A stretch of DNA of 17,176 nt, taken from positions 118,805,316-118,822,491 of the forward strand of contig JANKJI020000004.1 in the NCBI GenBank assembly GCA_024626585.2, in the 5' to 3' direction. Each line of letters opens with the position of its first letter. Position 1 is the stretch's first letter. Under the pieces are notes generated by a model. It was given only the letters and a program-made list of their open reading frames with translations. It made no database searches and was not told where the DNA came from. This document shows, in pieces, positions 1-11,743 of this stretch. The stretch comes from Ginkgo biloba (lineage: Eukaryota > Plantae > Ginkgophyta). The position numbers were made by a program, and so were the translations under genes.

Positions 1-870
1 TTATATCTTTCAATTTCGAGAATATTGTATTTTATATATTTTTGCATAAAAAATATATATTTTACATTCGGTGTCCATTCTTAATTTTTATTTGCTAACT
101 TATATTTCCAAGCATTTTCGACATGCGGTTCATGTTTTCAAGCTTTTTGTGCTTTCTATCTGCAAGTTTTTTCTTTTTTTTTTTTTTGACTTGCAAGAAA
201 TCTTTCTATACACATGTTCTTCATTTTTCTGCATGTATGTATTTTTTGGATTGTCAAGCTTTTTATTGTTATATTTGACTTCCAAGCATTTTAATTAGGA
301 ACGCGTTTCTTGCATATGTTTTTCTTCGTCCAATTTCCCCAGCATTTCCACGTGTTGACTTTGCTAGCGTTCTTATATAATTTGTTTCAAATTTCACTGT
401 TATGAATTTTCTTCTTTTTGCTGTTACTTGAGTTTATTTTGATTTTTTCTTAGCATCTTTAAATCTTCTATTAGCTTTTTGCAAGCATTCTTTTCCTAAT
501 TGCAAACTTTTCTAGGTAGACAATGCACAAATCGCAGCAATATTTTTTGGCATTTTGCAAGCATGTTTTGGCAGAAAATGCACAAAATATAGCAAGAATT
601 CAGTTTCATTTGTAGCTTGCATGCATGTTTGGAAAATTTTCATTTATGCAGGCATTGGTTTGCTTATTTTATAATCAGCTTGTTGACACACAATGCACAA
701 AATACAACAGTAACAGCAATGAAGCACAAAAAAGACTTCAATATACTAAGTGGAAAATCTCTTCTTTCCCAAGTACAATCTACTAGAATTCTGGACATCT
801 TTTATGGATCTAAGTTCAATTGTGGCATCTGTTTTGTGCAAACACAATGACTGGAAGCAATTAGCACCTG

Positions 871-993
871 CTGTATGTTACAGCAAACATGCCTTGTCCA
901 CATCTTAGCTGAGTCATAAATGCCAACTTCTGTATATTAGAGCAAACATGCCTTGCCCACATGTGAGCTTAATCATTAATGTACCAAGTTGTG
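871..993. repeat. Diverged tandem duplication, period 59 bp
   Basis: ctgtatgttacagcaaacatgccttgtccacat at 871 aligns with ctgtatattagagcaaacatgccttgcccacat at 930. Confidence 0.85.
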
Positions 994-3356
994 AAGGTGC
1001 AGAAATGGCAAGTTGAATGAAGCAATAATCTACGTGCTAAAATAGATTTCTTCCTTACATAGAAAGAGCTTATCGAAGTTGAACATTCCTTCACTCATGT
1101 ATCTGGTTGATGAATGTATTCTCTTTGTTTTTTTTGTGTATCTGACTCATAGGTTCTTTTCCTTCATTTGATTTATGATGTTTTCTGTCTAATATTTCCT
1201 ACTTTATTGCTGGATCCTGCTGGTTTCTCTTACAGATCGTTATGGATTCATCTGAGTGCATGCGCAATCGAGACTAGGAAATTACAGACTGTGTTGTTTC
1301 CTTGAGAGGGTGTTTAGCATTTACTAATCATCATGTATTGTCATATTGTGTTGTTGTTTCTTTAGTCATTACGGTTAATAAATCAGCCAATGACAGTATC
1401 TTTTTCAGTCCTAAACAGTTCTGTTCAACCACATTCCTTTGTTTTGAAGATATAGTTATCACATGCGCAGGAATACGTTTTTCAAGATGTGGTTATAAAT
1501 GTTCGAGAAGGAGATCACTCCTGTCTCTCTGGGAGGAACAAATCCTTCAAATAAAGTAATGATTAGCGAACAAATCCTGTCTCTCTTAGTACACCAATAA
1601 TACCCTCGTATGGTCATTAGCGACCTTTTAGCCCTGAAATCTAGAATCAACTGTGAGAGTGGCCTCTGCACTAAGATTATGGATGATCAATGTCACTTCT
1701 TTGTGTCCAGGCAGAAGTTGATCGGTCTCTGGTCCACATTCTCTTGAAATCCACCAGCAGATGGATGATGATTCAGCAAAGCAACTGTCCCTGCCATGAA
1801 GTATATTACTTTTGGTAACTTGTTATTGGCTGGACCAGTCAGGCACATTATATATGGGGGACAACTGTTATGAGTGGCTGATACATTCAATTGGCATTGC
1901 AAAGAGTTGAAGCTTTCTAATTAGACCTATTTAGTGTACAAAATTAGGATACTTCTCTCTTTCCTTCATATTTATTTTGGCTGCAGATGCCTTGTAAATC
2001 TCAGCTTTTTATTACTAGCAGTTAGGAATTCACCCTTTATTTTGCTGATGTTATTCTCTCAAGGAAGCAACAAACAAACACATGAGATGAGGTTGGATTT
2101 AATGAAGGAGAGTCCTGTTAAGTCAGTGTTGATGGCGGAGAAATACTCTTGCTAGGAGGAATAATGAGANNNNNNNNNNNNNNNNNNNNNNNNNNNNNNN
2201 NNNNNNNNNNNNNNNNNNNNNNNNNNNNNNNNNNNNNNNNNNNNNNNNNNNNNNNNNNNNNNNNNNNNNNNNNNNNNNNNNNNNNNNNNNNNNNNNNNNN
2301 NNNNNNNNNNNNNNNNNNNNNNNNNNNTGGCAAGAGCTATTTTTAGGTAATGGAGACAAAATAGGAGTAGCAACATTATCTGCAAAATTTGTACTAGCAT
2401 TAGCTGAGTTTTATGTACCTATTTCTTAATGATTTGTGTTCATCTGGAAAAGAAGGAAAATTAGCCTTTTTTATTTATAGAATATGAGGATGTTTCTAAA
2501 CTCCTACCAAGCAGGAAAAAACAAAACACTTTTAGAACTTTGAACATTCACTTTTATAACTTCCGGATTCAAACATGCTCCTATTGAAGACCCACCCAGC
2601 CACTTTCATGTATCAGGTGGCATATTTTCCTGAGGTTCTGCCTGGTTTGTTTCTAGTACAAGCCTTTCTGTGGCAAATTGGCCATCTTCTTCAGAATATT
2701 GAAGCAGTTGGCATTCTTTCTGGAAGCCTGTTGGGCTGATTTGTCATTTTTTTGTTCATGCACATCCTTATATTAACAAATCTTGAATGCCTACAAAATT
2801 CTGTTCCGAAAAATCAGACAGGATCTCTAAATGGTACTATTTCTATGAAAAGTACAAGTAGATGAATAAGTAAAGGATCCTAATCTGGCAGAGTTAGAAG
2901 GGTTTTATATTTTGTGTGGTATTCATCCATCTCATTTTTACATACTATTCCTTCTTTGACTCTAGAAAGGATAGACTCGACTTGTATTTTAAGGAGTCAT
3001 TGTGCATTTCCTTTGGAGTAGATCCTGTTTGAGTGTTGGAAGAGGAGTGGTAGAGAAATTGGAGGTGGGGCACAGGGCAAGGATTGGGTTATGAAGCACC
3101 CTTTCTTGCTGGTCGCACTCCTTGTCACTTTTTCTCCTTAGTTTGGTGTTCTCCTCCTTGGTCCAGAATGCTGTCTTAGGTTTGCCTGTCCAGAAGTGCT
3201 TATGCAAGTGGAATTTGAATCTGGATGTTTTGCCTTCAAATGTAAAACTGTGTTGAGGGTGGTCCTCGCGTCTATAATGAGGTCCTTGAGAACTTCTGTA
3301 TATGCTTGGCCTGGATCCGTGTCTCCTGACTTGTTCAAGCACATCTTCTCATCAAT

Positions 3357-3595
3357 CATGCATTTCCTAAGTTTCCAGGAAATAGGATCGGGGACGGGAT
3401 TGGGGATAGGGCCAGGTATAGGAAATGGCACTTTTCAAAATTCAAAGATATACAGGGAGTGGTGAATTTTAGGGTTTTAAAAAAATATATATATAAAAAA
3501 TATATGGATACAAAAAATATGGAACTTATGAAACTTGTTATGTCACCCAAATGATAAAATGCTTAAACTCTATGAACATATACTATATTAGTATA
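3357..3595. mobile_element. Possible terminal/subterminal fragment of a DNA transposon (hAT/MITE-like)
   Basis: There is an abrupt switch to TTTCC...GGAAA and repeated GGGAC/GGGAT motifs, followed by an AT-rich tract that ends in a gap. No partner TIR or target-site duplication is visible. Confidence 0.3.
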
Positions 3596-4684
3596 NNNNN
3601 NNNNNNNNNNNNNNNNNNNNNNNNNNNNNNNNNNNNNNNNNNNNNNNNNNNNNNNNNNNNNNNNNNNNNNNNNNNNNNNNNNNNNNNNNNNNNNNAAACA
3701 AGAATCTGTAATTACTGACATTGGGAGATTTTGACTCACCCACTAAAACACTGATCAATACTAGGGACCCATTACTAATCAACAATCATGTTGAGATGAA
3801 ACAAGTTGAAAAGCAAATGGCAGTACTAGTCAAGACAACAAAGCAACATGGAGTTCCAATTCCACGAAAACTCAACCTTGACACAAAGTACATATGCCAT
3901 GGCTGACAAGGAGCAATTTGCAGTTTCAGCCATAAAAGTCCCAAGGGGAAATGCTTGATAGAACAACATTTTTGAAAATTTTACGTTATAGCCTACATTT
4001 TTGACAATTTTGATGAATGTGACTTGAGCAAGGACATTGGAGGCTTGTGTGCGGTGAGATTCATGTTTAGTAACTGACTCTTTGGCAAGTCTAAGAATGG
4101 ATTATGGCATAAGTAACTCTACTTTAGACACAAGAAAACATGCAACTTGGGAAGACACGGCAAGAGACTACAAGTTAGAAGCCTGGTGATAGCAATAACA
4201 TGTTGATTACAATAATAACAAGCTGGTCATATGCAGGAGTTACAGGTTGTTAGTCATAGCTTTAGTTGTAGTTTCCATAATCTTGATATGAGCCAATCAC
4301 AACATGTAATTGTTGGAACCTGATGCCTTGCCATGAATGCATTATGATGATTGGGCATTGGTTTGAAGTCGATATGAGTACAAAGAGTTGTTAGGCCTGA
4401 ATGAAGAGTCATGTTGTGACAAAAGGATGTGTCTTTAGAAGATGAAGGGTTGCATACTATCCTTTTCAATTGTATAAATATGCCACCATTTGGGCATATC
4501 AATCATCTACGTATTTGTATCCCAACCAAGTAGGCATATACATTGTACTTGCTGGGAAGTAAAAGATGTAATGGAGAGACAATTACACATGCTATCCTAA
4601 TTGTTTGCTATGAGAAATGCTAATCAATTTCAATCTTGTTTATGTTACTTTCTTTTGCATATGAGCATAAATGAGAGCATGTGA

Positions 4685-4990
4685 GGACATCTACGTGCAT
4701 TTTCTCATTAGTAGCTCACAATATAGTGTTGGGAACTAGAAGAGACCTGTTTTAGCAGACAAAACCATGTTTCAAGGGTGCAAATTTGTAGGGGGAGAGA
4801 CATGCTAGGAACACCAATTGATGAATTAAACTCTGGTTAAATAAGTTATTAGGTTAACCTTAGTTTGTATGTGTAAGCGTGTCATTTTATGAGATTGTGT
4901 TGAGGTCTTGAGAAGGTTGGTTCCAACCTAATCCACACTTTTCGATTATGTTATTGAGGTCTTGTTTTGCAACATGAAATGGCATCTATG
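4685..4990 (+). mobile_element. Possible decayed 3' end of an LTR retrotransposon (chromodomain-like remnant, PPT, short TG...CA segment)
   Basis: YVHF and WELEE (4730-4744) occur in different frames. These are followed by a purine tract AGGGGGAGAGA at 4790-4800, TG at 4803 and ...CAACA ending at 4974. All motifs are short and no second LTR is present. Confidence 0.3.
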
Positions 4991-5889
4991 TTTTCTTTTG
5001 TAGGTATTACTGTGTATTGAATCTATCGTGGACCATTTATTCAACTTATTTGGAGAGGATCCTTTTGGAGAGCAAACTTTTGTGATCATTTAGTGCAGGA
5101 GCTCTTGATATTTCACACCTATTGTGGATTATTGTTATTGCTTGATAAATTACAGCTATACGATGGTCTCATCAACCTATTTGGTTTGATGATTTAGTAG
5201 TAGTAGAACCATCAAGTTTTTCTACAAGCTTCATTTAATGTTAGTAATGCCATGCCATTGTCAAATCCCAATTTAAACACAAGCACGTAAGGTAAGCAGT
5301 CTCATACCTTATGTCTTGTGCATCTCAAGGTCTACTTTTAAACACTTCAGGCAATGCTTTTTCCTGCTATTTGTTTGCTCCATGCCAATCTTGAATGCTG
5401 GGGTTGCTTCTATGGAAACCTTCCATGTAGTCACCCTCTCTTTAATGCCAACCTTTTCTATTGTTTTCTTGTCCTTATGTAACTATTTCTTTTCCTTTAT
5501 CGTGCCTTTACATGAGANNNNNNNNNNNNNNNNNNNNNNNNNNNNNNNNNNNNNNNNNNNNNNNNNNNNNNNNNNNNNNNNNNNNNNNNNNNNNNNNNNN
5601 NNNNNNNNNNNNNNNNNNNNNNNNNNNNNNNNNNNNNNNNNNNNNNNNNNNNNNNNNNNNNNNNNNNNNNNNNNNNNNNNNNNNNNNNNNNNNNNNNNNN
5701 NNNNNNNNNNNNNNNNNNNNNNNNNNNNNNNNNNNNNNNNNNNNNNNNNNNNNNNNNNNNNNNNNNNNNNNNNNNNNNNNNNNNNNNNNNNNNNNNNNNN
5801 NNNNNNNNNNNAATGAGATCATAACAATTTACCCAGTCCTATTTGAAGTATCTCCAAGGCCGTAATCTGTCCTTGCAGACTTTGACTAT

Positions 5890-6036
5890 AATCATTTGCC
5901 CAAAGAAACATTTTGTAGCAATTAATTTAAAGGTTCTTATTTTTCTATCTGATACATAAATGGAATCGTTTGCCGAAAGAAACATTCTGTAGCAATCAAT
6001 TTAAAGGTTTCTTCTTTTTTTTTTTTTTTTACATCA
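5890..6036. repeat. Tandem duplication, period 74 bp
   Basis: aatcatttgcccaaagaaacattttgtagcaattaatttaaaggtt at 5890 aligns with aatcgtttgccgaaagaaacattctgtagcaatcaatttaaaggtt at 5964. The second copy has an expanded poly-T. Confidence 0.85.
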
Positions 6037-6699
6037 NNNNNNNNNNTTTTTCTGTTCGATAAACATCATTGTGTATGACAGAGAACTGAGACACGGACCA
6101 TTATTCAAACCAGTGTTGCTTCTAGAAATACTAAGAGACTTTCTAGCAAAGGGCATGTTCATACTCATTAGTAGAATTCGCCATCTGCTTTTATAGTCAT
6201 GTCAATAAAATTTTTCATTCTTTTCAGAAAGGTACTGGGGCACTAAACTTTTTGTGCTCTTCTATGAGTAGCAAAGCCAGTACCATTGTAAACAGAATAG
6301 TTGTCTGATGAAGCTTAATGACCTGTTTCCATTCTTAACATAATTATGTGGGATTTCCAAAAGAAAAAACTTAAATTTTTTTTCATGAATTTCTTATATG
6401 CATCTAAGTTGGTCCTACTTTCAGGAAGTAGTTAGAAGCATTATCTCCCAACTTGCTTTCATAAGCCTTCGAACTGCATCTATTGGGAAACACATTAAAA
6501 ATCTTCAAAATTTCATTTCTTTTCTTTTTTTTTTTTATTTGAAATGCATGGGCTATTGGGACACACATAAAAAAACTTGAAAATTTAATTTCTTTTCTTT
6601 TTTTTTTTTTTTTTTTTTTCATGGGCTGTATTTCTTCTGTATGTTTGTATGTGTGCACATGCATGTGCTTGTGAGAACTAATTCTGTGAATGTTTACAG

Positions 6700-6882
6700 T
6701 TCTAAGGACAGGCACAACACAGCATAAGGCAGCAAGCGAGGTCTATGAACTTCCCATTACTGCCAACCGTATTCAACTTCCAGATGGAAGGTACATTGCA
6801 TACCGGGAACAAGGGGTTTCAGCAAGCATAGCTAGACACTCGGTTTTGGTTGTCCATTCATTTCTTTCTTCTCGTCTAGCAG
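6700..6882 (+). CDS. Internal coding exon of a plant alpha/beta-hydrolase fold protein (Abhydrolase_1; resembles the Arabidopsis At3g09690/At5g02970 type), start of the hydrolase domain
   Basis: Translates as xLRTGTTQHKAASEVYELPITANRIQLPDGRYIAYREQGVSASIARHSVLVVHSFLSSRLAG. The LPDGRYIAY-x-E-x-G and HSFLSSRLAG motifs are characteristic of this family (recalled, not searched). Acceptor tttacAG ends at 6699, with a branch-like actaat at ~6677. Donor is GCAG|GTGAGT at 6882/6883. The exon is 183 bp, phase 1-1. Confidence 0.9.
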
Positions 6883-7212
6883 GTGAGTCAAACTTTTCAT
6901 TGTCAAATATTATTTGCCTGAGTTATTAAGATTACAAATTTGGTATATTTTTATGGTAGGTTACCTTTGCCTTTTCAGAAATCACGTTGCTGTGCTTTTA
7001 CATAAAAACAGCTCAGTGACACATTCAACCCTTTGTAGTTGCTGCTGAAGATCGAAAAATACGTTGAAGAGATAGGGCATTCTTGTTTGAAAAACATCAT
7101 TGTTAGTAGACANNNNNNNNNNNNNNNNNNNNNNNNNNNNNNNNNNNNNNNNNNNNNNNNNNNNNNNNNNNNNNNNNNNNNNNNNNNNNNNNNNNNNNNN
7201 NNNNNNNNNNNN

Positions 7213-7384
7213 TTTTTCTTTTGACAATCTCTTCTTATTGGTTCTGGTTTTGCCTCTTTTCCTATCACTAAGTCTGAACACTCCTTGTGTGTGAGAATGA
7301 TCCCCATCTTGTACTTCCAAGCCGAGTAGTTTTTCCCATTTACCTATGGGCATCTAGCATCATCAAATTTTGAATACTCGACAT
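7213..7384 (-). mobile_element. Ty1/copia gag N-terminal fragment, degenerate and cut by a gap
   Basis: The minus strand reads MSSIQNLMMLDAHR / (frameshift) NGKNYSAWKYKMGIILTHKECSDLVIGKEAKPEP. This matches the copia gag start pattern LNGxNYxxWKxKMxxxL...V.G.E..P. It ends at the N gap 7113-7212. The CpG-containing stretch 7385-8100 may be its leader, but no LTR or PBS was recognised. Confidence 0.6.
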
Positions 7385-8629
7385 TATTACACATTTGTTG
7401 CAAAAAAAAAGTGTTTTGATAACCTTGCACCTCAATGCTGAACAAAAATCATTAATCTTAATTAATTTTGAAGTTTGTGCTTTATTTTCCCTATTTTCTA
7501 CTATCTGACGTGAATTATGAAGGTTTTTACACTTTCCGTCAAGAAACGTGAATGTCTATCAAAAGACATGAATTCTTAATTTGAAATATTCGTCATTGAA
7601 TAATGTGGATTCCAAAAAAAATTGCTTTGATTAAATTAAAAAATTTAACTTTAGGAAAAAATCACTCGCTTGGAACCACCACGCGACTTCACTCCTCGAT
7701 TGGGTTTTTCTTCTGATTGTGCTCGATTGGGATTTCTTCCTTCCGCAAACATTTTGACTATTGCACTATCCGTGCTCTTCTCGTTTTTTATTGCGTTTTC
7801 TAAGTCACAGACTTTGATGCTCCTTCATGTTTGCTTCAGACTTCATGGGGTTCTCACCAATCTTCCACTGCGTTGGGGGTTCTTCAGAGATTTTTCAATA
7901 GTTGTGGGTTTGACGTCGATTCTTCAGTTCTAGTCTGCGAACTATGGCAACTCCTGTTTGTGTGTTTTCTTCTCACACTTTTGTTTCACAGGGATTTAAA
8001 CCAACGCGTTCTATGGTGGTGCAGTTCTTCCACATGTAAATTCTTTACTACTTCTCTTGGCCACGTACCACGTACGATGAACACTTGCTTCCCACTGTAA
8101 TGTAACCTAGCTTCAATCATTCAACGGTTACGTTTTTTCTACAGGAGTCTTTGTTATTTTCTCAACGAATGACCAACTACTCTTTCTACCTATTGCTTGG
8201 TTTGTTTGCATGAAACGAGCATTTTTTACATGCAAACAAATGACTAATGCTTATTTGTTGACCTCCTCCACTTTTTTTTTTTAATATTTATTCAAATTTG
8301 CAACGATAAGGATTTAACCAGCTATTGTTGACTAATTTAGAAAGGGGCACTCCATCTAATTGATTTAACTATACTGCCTCATTATCAAATATTTGTTGAA
8401 TTATATAAGGCCCCAACCATCAAATTTTTAACTTTTCAGGTTTTATCTTAAATTTGTGGTCGTATAAAAGTACAAGATCCTCATTTGTAAACTTTGGTGT
8501 CTATAAGTGGCGATCATGCCATGTTGCTTNNNNNNNNNNNNNNNNNNNNNNNNNNNNNNNNNNNNNNNNNNNNNNNNNNNNNNNNNNNNNNNNNNNNNNN
8601 NNNNNNNNNNNNNNNNNNNNNNNNNNNNN

Positions 8630-9915
8630 CATCAACTCTCTACCTGAAGGGTTCTACTTCGAGCTTCTACTCTGTCTTCTATAATAGTGAAGTCTCCACA
8701 AATAACCCTAGAGGCAATGGAGAACTCTTCACCTATCCATTGCTAGAGTTGGGTTTTTCCTCAAGTGTATTGGGAGCATATACTTTGGCAAGGCCTGACA
8801 TAGTATTGTTTATGTTTATAGTGACTCACACCATCCCAATAGTGGAATCCCCTCCCCTAGACACAATTATTTTTCTAAGGAAGACACAATGAGAGTTGAT
8901 GCTCCTCACTTTTCCTCAGTGTGATTTGAGCTAGACACTAAAGCACCTAACCATATGACATGCAGGGTTGTCCCAAGCTTGAATCCAGTAATTTTGACTT
9001 CTCTCAAGCAAAAGACGTCTATCTGACTGCACCCACTTTGTATATTTTTGATAGTGCCTTTTTGAAAGAGATCTGTCAGGTCTTTTACATTCAAGGTAAG
9101 GCAACTAGTTGTTAAAAATAGAGTGTTTTTCTCATCCAACCCATCTCCATCATCATAATGAGTGATAGCATCACGATCAAAACCATTACTGGTCTCCATA
9201 ATTCTTTTGAATCGTTTGCCTCAACTTTCAAATTATCAGTCAAGGTCATTGGGTATTTACCACCTTGAGAAGGAGTTGAGAATAAGGTTATACTATACTG
9301 AAGCGGCAAAGGCAAGGATTTGGCCTTACCCTTTGGATTCTAGCACCAACAATACTAGGAGCAGATTCCTTGGTGGCATTGGCCGTGCTTGTACTAAAAA
9401 TGGCTTGTTTGGTCACTCTTGTTTCATGCTTGTTAATCCTGGTATTGACCACTTAGTTGGTTGCAGTAGGTTTGCTACTGTTTTGTCTACCTTTGGATCT
9501 ACTAACTTGTTGCCACCTTTTTTCCTCCACAGCTTGAGATATTGCATTTATAGTTGGTTGGGCATTTTTCTCAAAGTTCTCAGGTTTTCTAGCTCACTGT
9601 GCTTTAATAACTATATCCTTGGCCATGAGAAAGCAACCTCTGATCGCATTCTCAGAACTTCAACATTGAAAATGGGTATGGACACTTTCATGTACTTGAC
9701 TGGTTGCATAAATGCAATGTTGCCACCAGGGATCTCAAGTTTTGATCTGAGTTCTTTAGAAAGGTCTACTTCCACATACACCCTTTTGTTGGTTTTGGGG
9801 TTGAATAACCTCTGATGCTCATCCCAGACATGTGTACCAAGGGAAGCAAGAACTGACCAAGAAAGTCCGAATAAGGCATTAGGAGCTTGGGAAACTTAAC
9901 CCACATAGGACAATG
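8630..9915 (-). mobile_element. Degenerate L1-like LINE: C-terminal half of ORF1 and the APE endonuclease domain of ORF2
   Basis: ORF1 motifs on the minus strand are PMWVKFPKL (~9885-9909), KRVYVEVDLSKELRSKLEI...FMQPVKY (~9690-9790) and a decayed zinc knuckle (HFQC*SSENAIRGC). Endonuclease motifs follow in the expected order: CLTLNVKDL (cf. SWNVRGL), DVFCLREVKI (cf. DxxCLQETK), KVYAPN (~8770-8787) and ICGDFT (~8687-8704; cf. GDFN). It carries several frameshifts and stops and is truncated by gap 8530-8629. Confidence 0.85.
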
Positions 9916-11743
9916 AAAGGGCCACAATAAGGTACACTTATTTCAACAAGGTTGGAAGATAGTACATACCAAGGGAGATGTTGTGTAAATAAACAACAAG
10001 GCTTAAAAATCCCATTTATGGCCTCATATAGGCCCTAGACTAAGGAACCCTTAATTAAATCCAAAATAAGGCTCAAAGTCTTAATAACCACTTAATACGG
10101 AAATNNNNNNNNNNNNNNNNNNNNNNNNNNNNNNNNNNNNNNNNNNNNNNNNNNNNNNNNNNNNNNNNNNNNNNNNNNNNNNNNNNNNNNNNNNNNNNNN
10201 NNNNGTAGAACCCTTCGGATGGATATCAGGTTGAAACAATTCTCCCTAATCCATGTTGGGGGACGACCAAGAATGTAACCCATGAATATCTCAGATGCAG
10301 TATAAAAGATTGGTATTAAGAGTAAACGAGGAGATGAGGAGTCACACTTTCAGGACAAATTTCCTTCTTTTTTGGGTGCTCAGCTGTGTAACTTGGCTAC
10401 TTAGAGTATCAAACTGTCTAGAATGCATAATGTGCCCAGAATGAGACACTGCAGTGATTTTAACCACCTTTCAAGGTAGAATGATGGTTAAATTAGGTCA
10501 AACACTTCAGCAAGATTGGAAGGGCATGGTATTAACTCCAGCTGAGAAATAAGATCTTAACTATTGACCTAAGCAACCATATTTTCTTAACCCTGACAAA
10601 TCATATTCCAAACACTTCAGGATTTGATATTCCAAAATTTCGACTTTTACACAGAGTGCTTAGTAGGGACTCATCATAACTGTGTCTTGTGGATCACATC
10701 AGAACACACAATAAATTTACCCCGATGTTGTGAAAATGAGCAGCTAATGAGAGAAGTATGCATAGCATGAGTTAAGAGAGATGATATGGGTCATTTTGTC
10801 TGCAAAAACCATTTTTGAAGGTCACAAAGTCTTTGTGGAGAATCAAAAGAAAAAATCAATTTTCAATTGCTAAAATTGGATTAAAACTCCACCGTTTGGG
10901 GAGTTGGTTTAAAAGTCACAGATCTATTTTGCACGAAATTTACTAACATACCCTTCAAGAGATGTTTATCCTTAACTGGATTTACGAACAATAAGGGCAA
11001 GTTATGTTTTGAATTTCACAGTTCTGCCAGTTGACAAAAGATCAATTTTAATATGGTTTTCAAGAATTTATCACTGACAATATCATGGCTCACTTTCAGC
11101 ACACTACCATATCTATAGAATGCTTACCTTCTACTTCTCGCCGTGTCTTTTGGAAATAACTTTTTATAAGGGAATCATGATGAATATAGGGGTTATTGTA
11201 TACAATCCAAGAGCATTTATATATTTCTAACCATGGTTATTACAAATGAATTTCCCTATGGAGTAGCTAAAGTTGATGGAGCATGTCTCAAAATTTGATA
11301 AAATGAGTAGTAGGGGGTGGATAATAAGAGGTTCCATAGATAAGTAGAGGAAGGTGTTATTTAAATATGTAGAAGTGGTTAAATCCAAAGTTAAGTATAG
11401 ATGGAGGATTTGGGCTAATAGAAGGTTAAATGTAGTAGGATATAAATGATTGATAATATCATGGTTGAGATAATTCAAATATATTTAANNNNNNNNNNNN
11501 NNNNNNNNNNNNNNNNNNNNNNNNNNNNNNNNNNNNNNNNNNNNNNNNNNNNNNNNNNNNNNNNNNNNNNNNNNNNNNNNNNNNNNNNATTTCTAGAAAG
11601 GATAAAATTGTGACAATAATAAGAAGAACAGAATCAATGGCCCTTATACTGGTACAGGCTGATTGGGTCTGCTTGTCATTTTCTATATTCAAGTAGAAAT
11701 AATCAGAGACATTTCTGTTAAATGTTGGCTTCATTGTGTGCAG

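Noticed and set aside
6211-6236. Possible micro-exon ttttcag|AAAG|gtact
   Set aside because: A 4-nt exon would shift the frame, and the pattern is expected by chance in T-rich introns.
9162-9815. Longest ORF in the track (217 aa, + strand)
   Set aside because: It is the antisense shadow of the LINE ORF1 on the minus strand and has no recognisable motifs.
11227-11488. Faint resemblance on the minus strand to a LINE ORF2 C-terminus (LSNFETCS...SIGKF)
   Set aside because: Too degenerate to support without an alignment.
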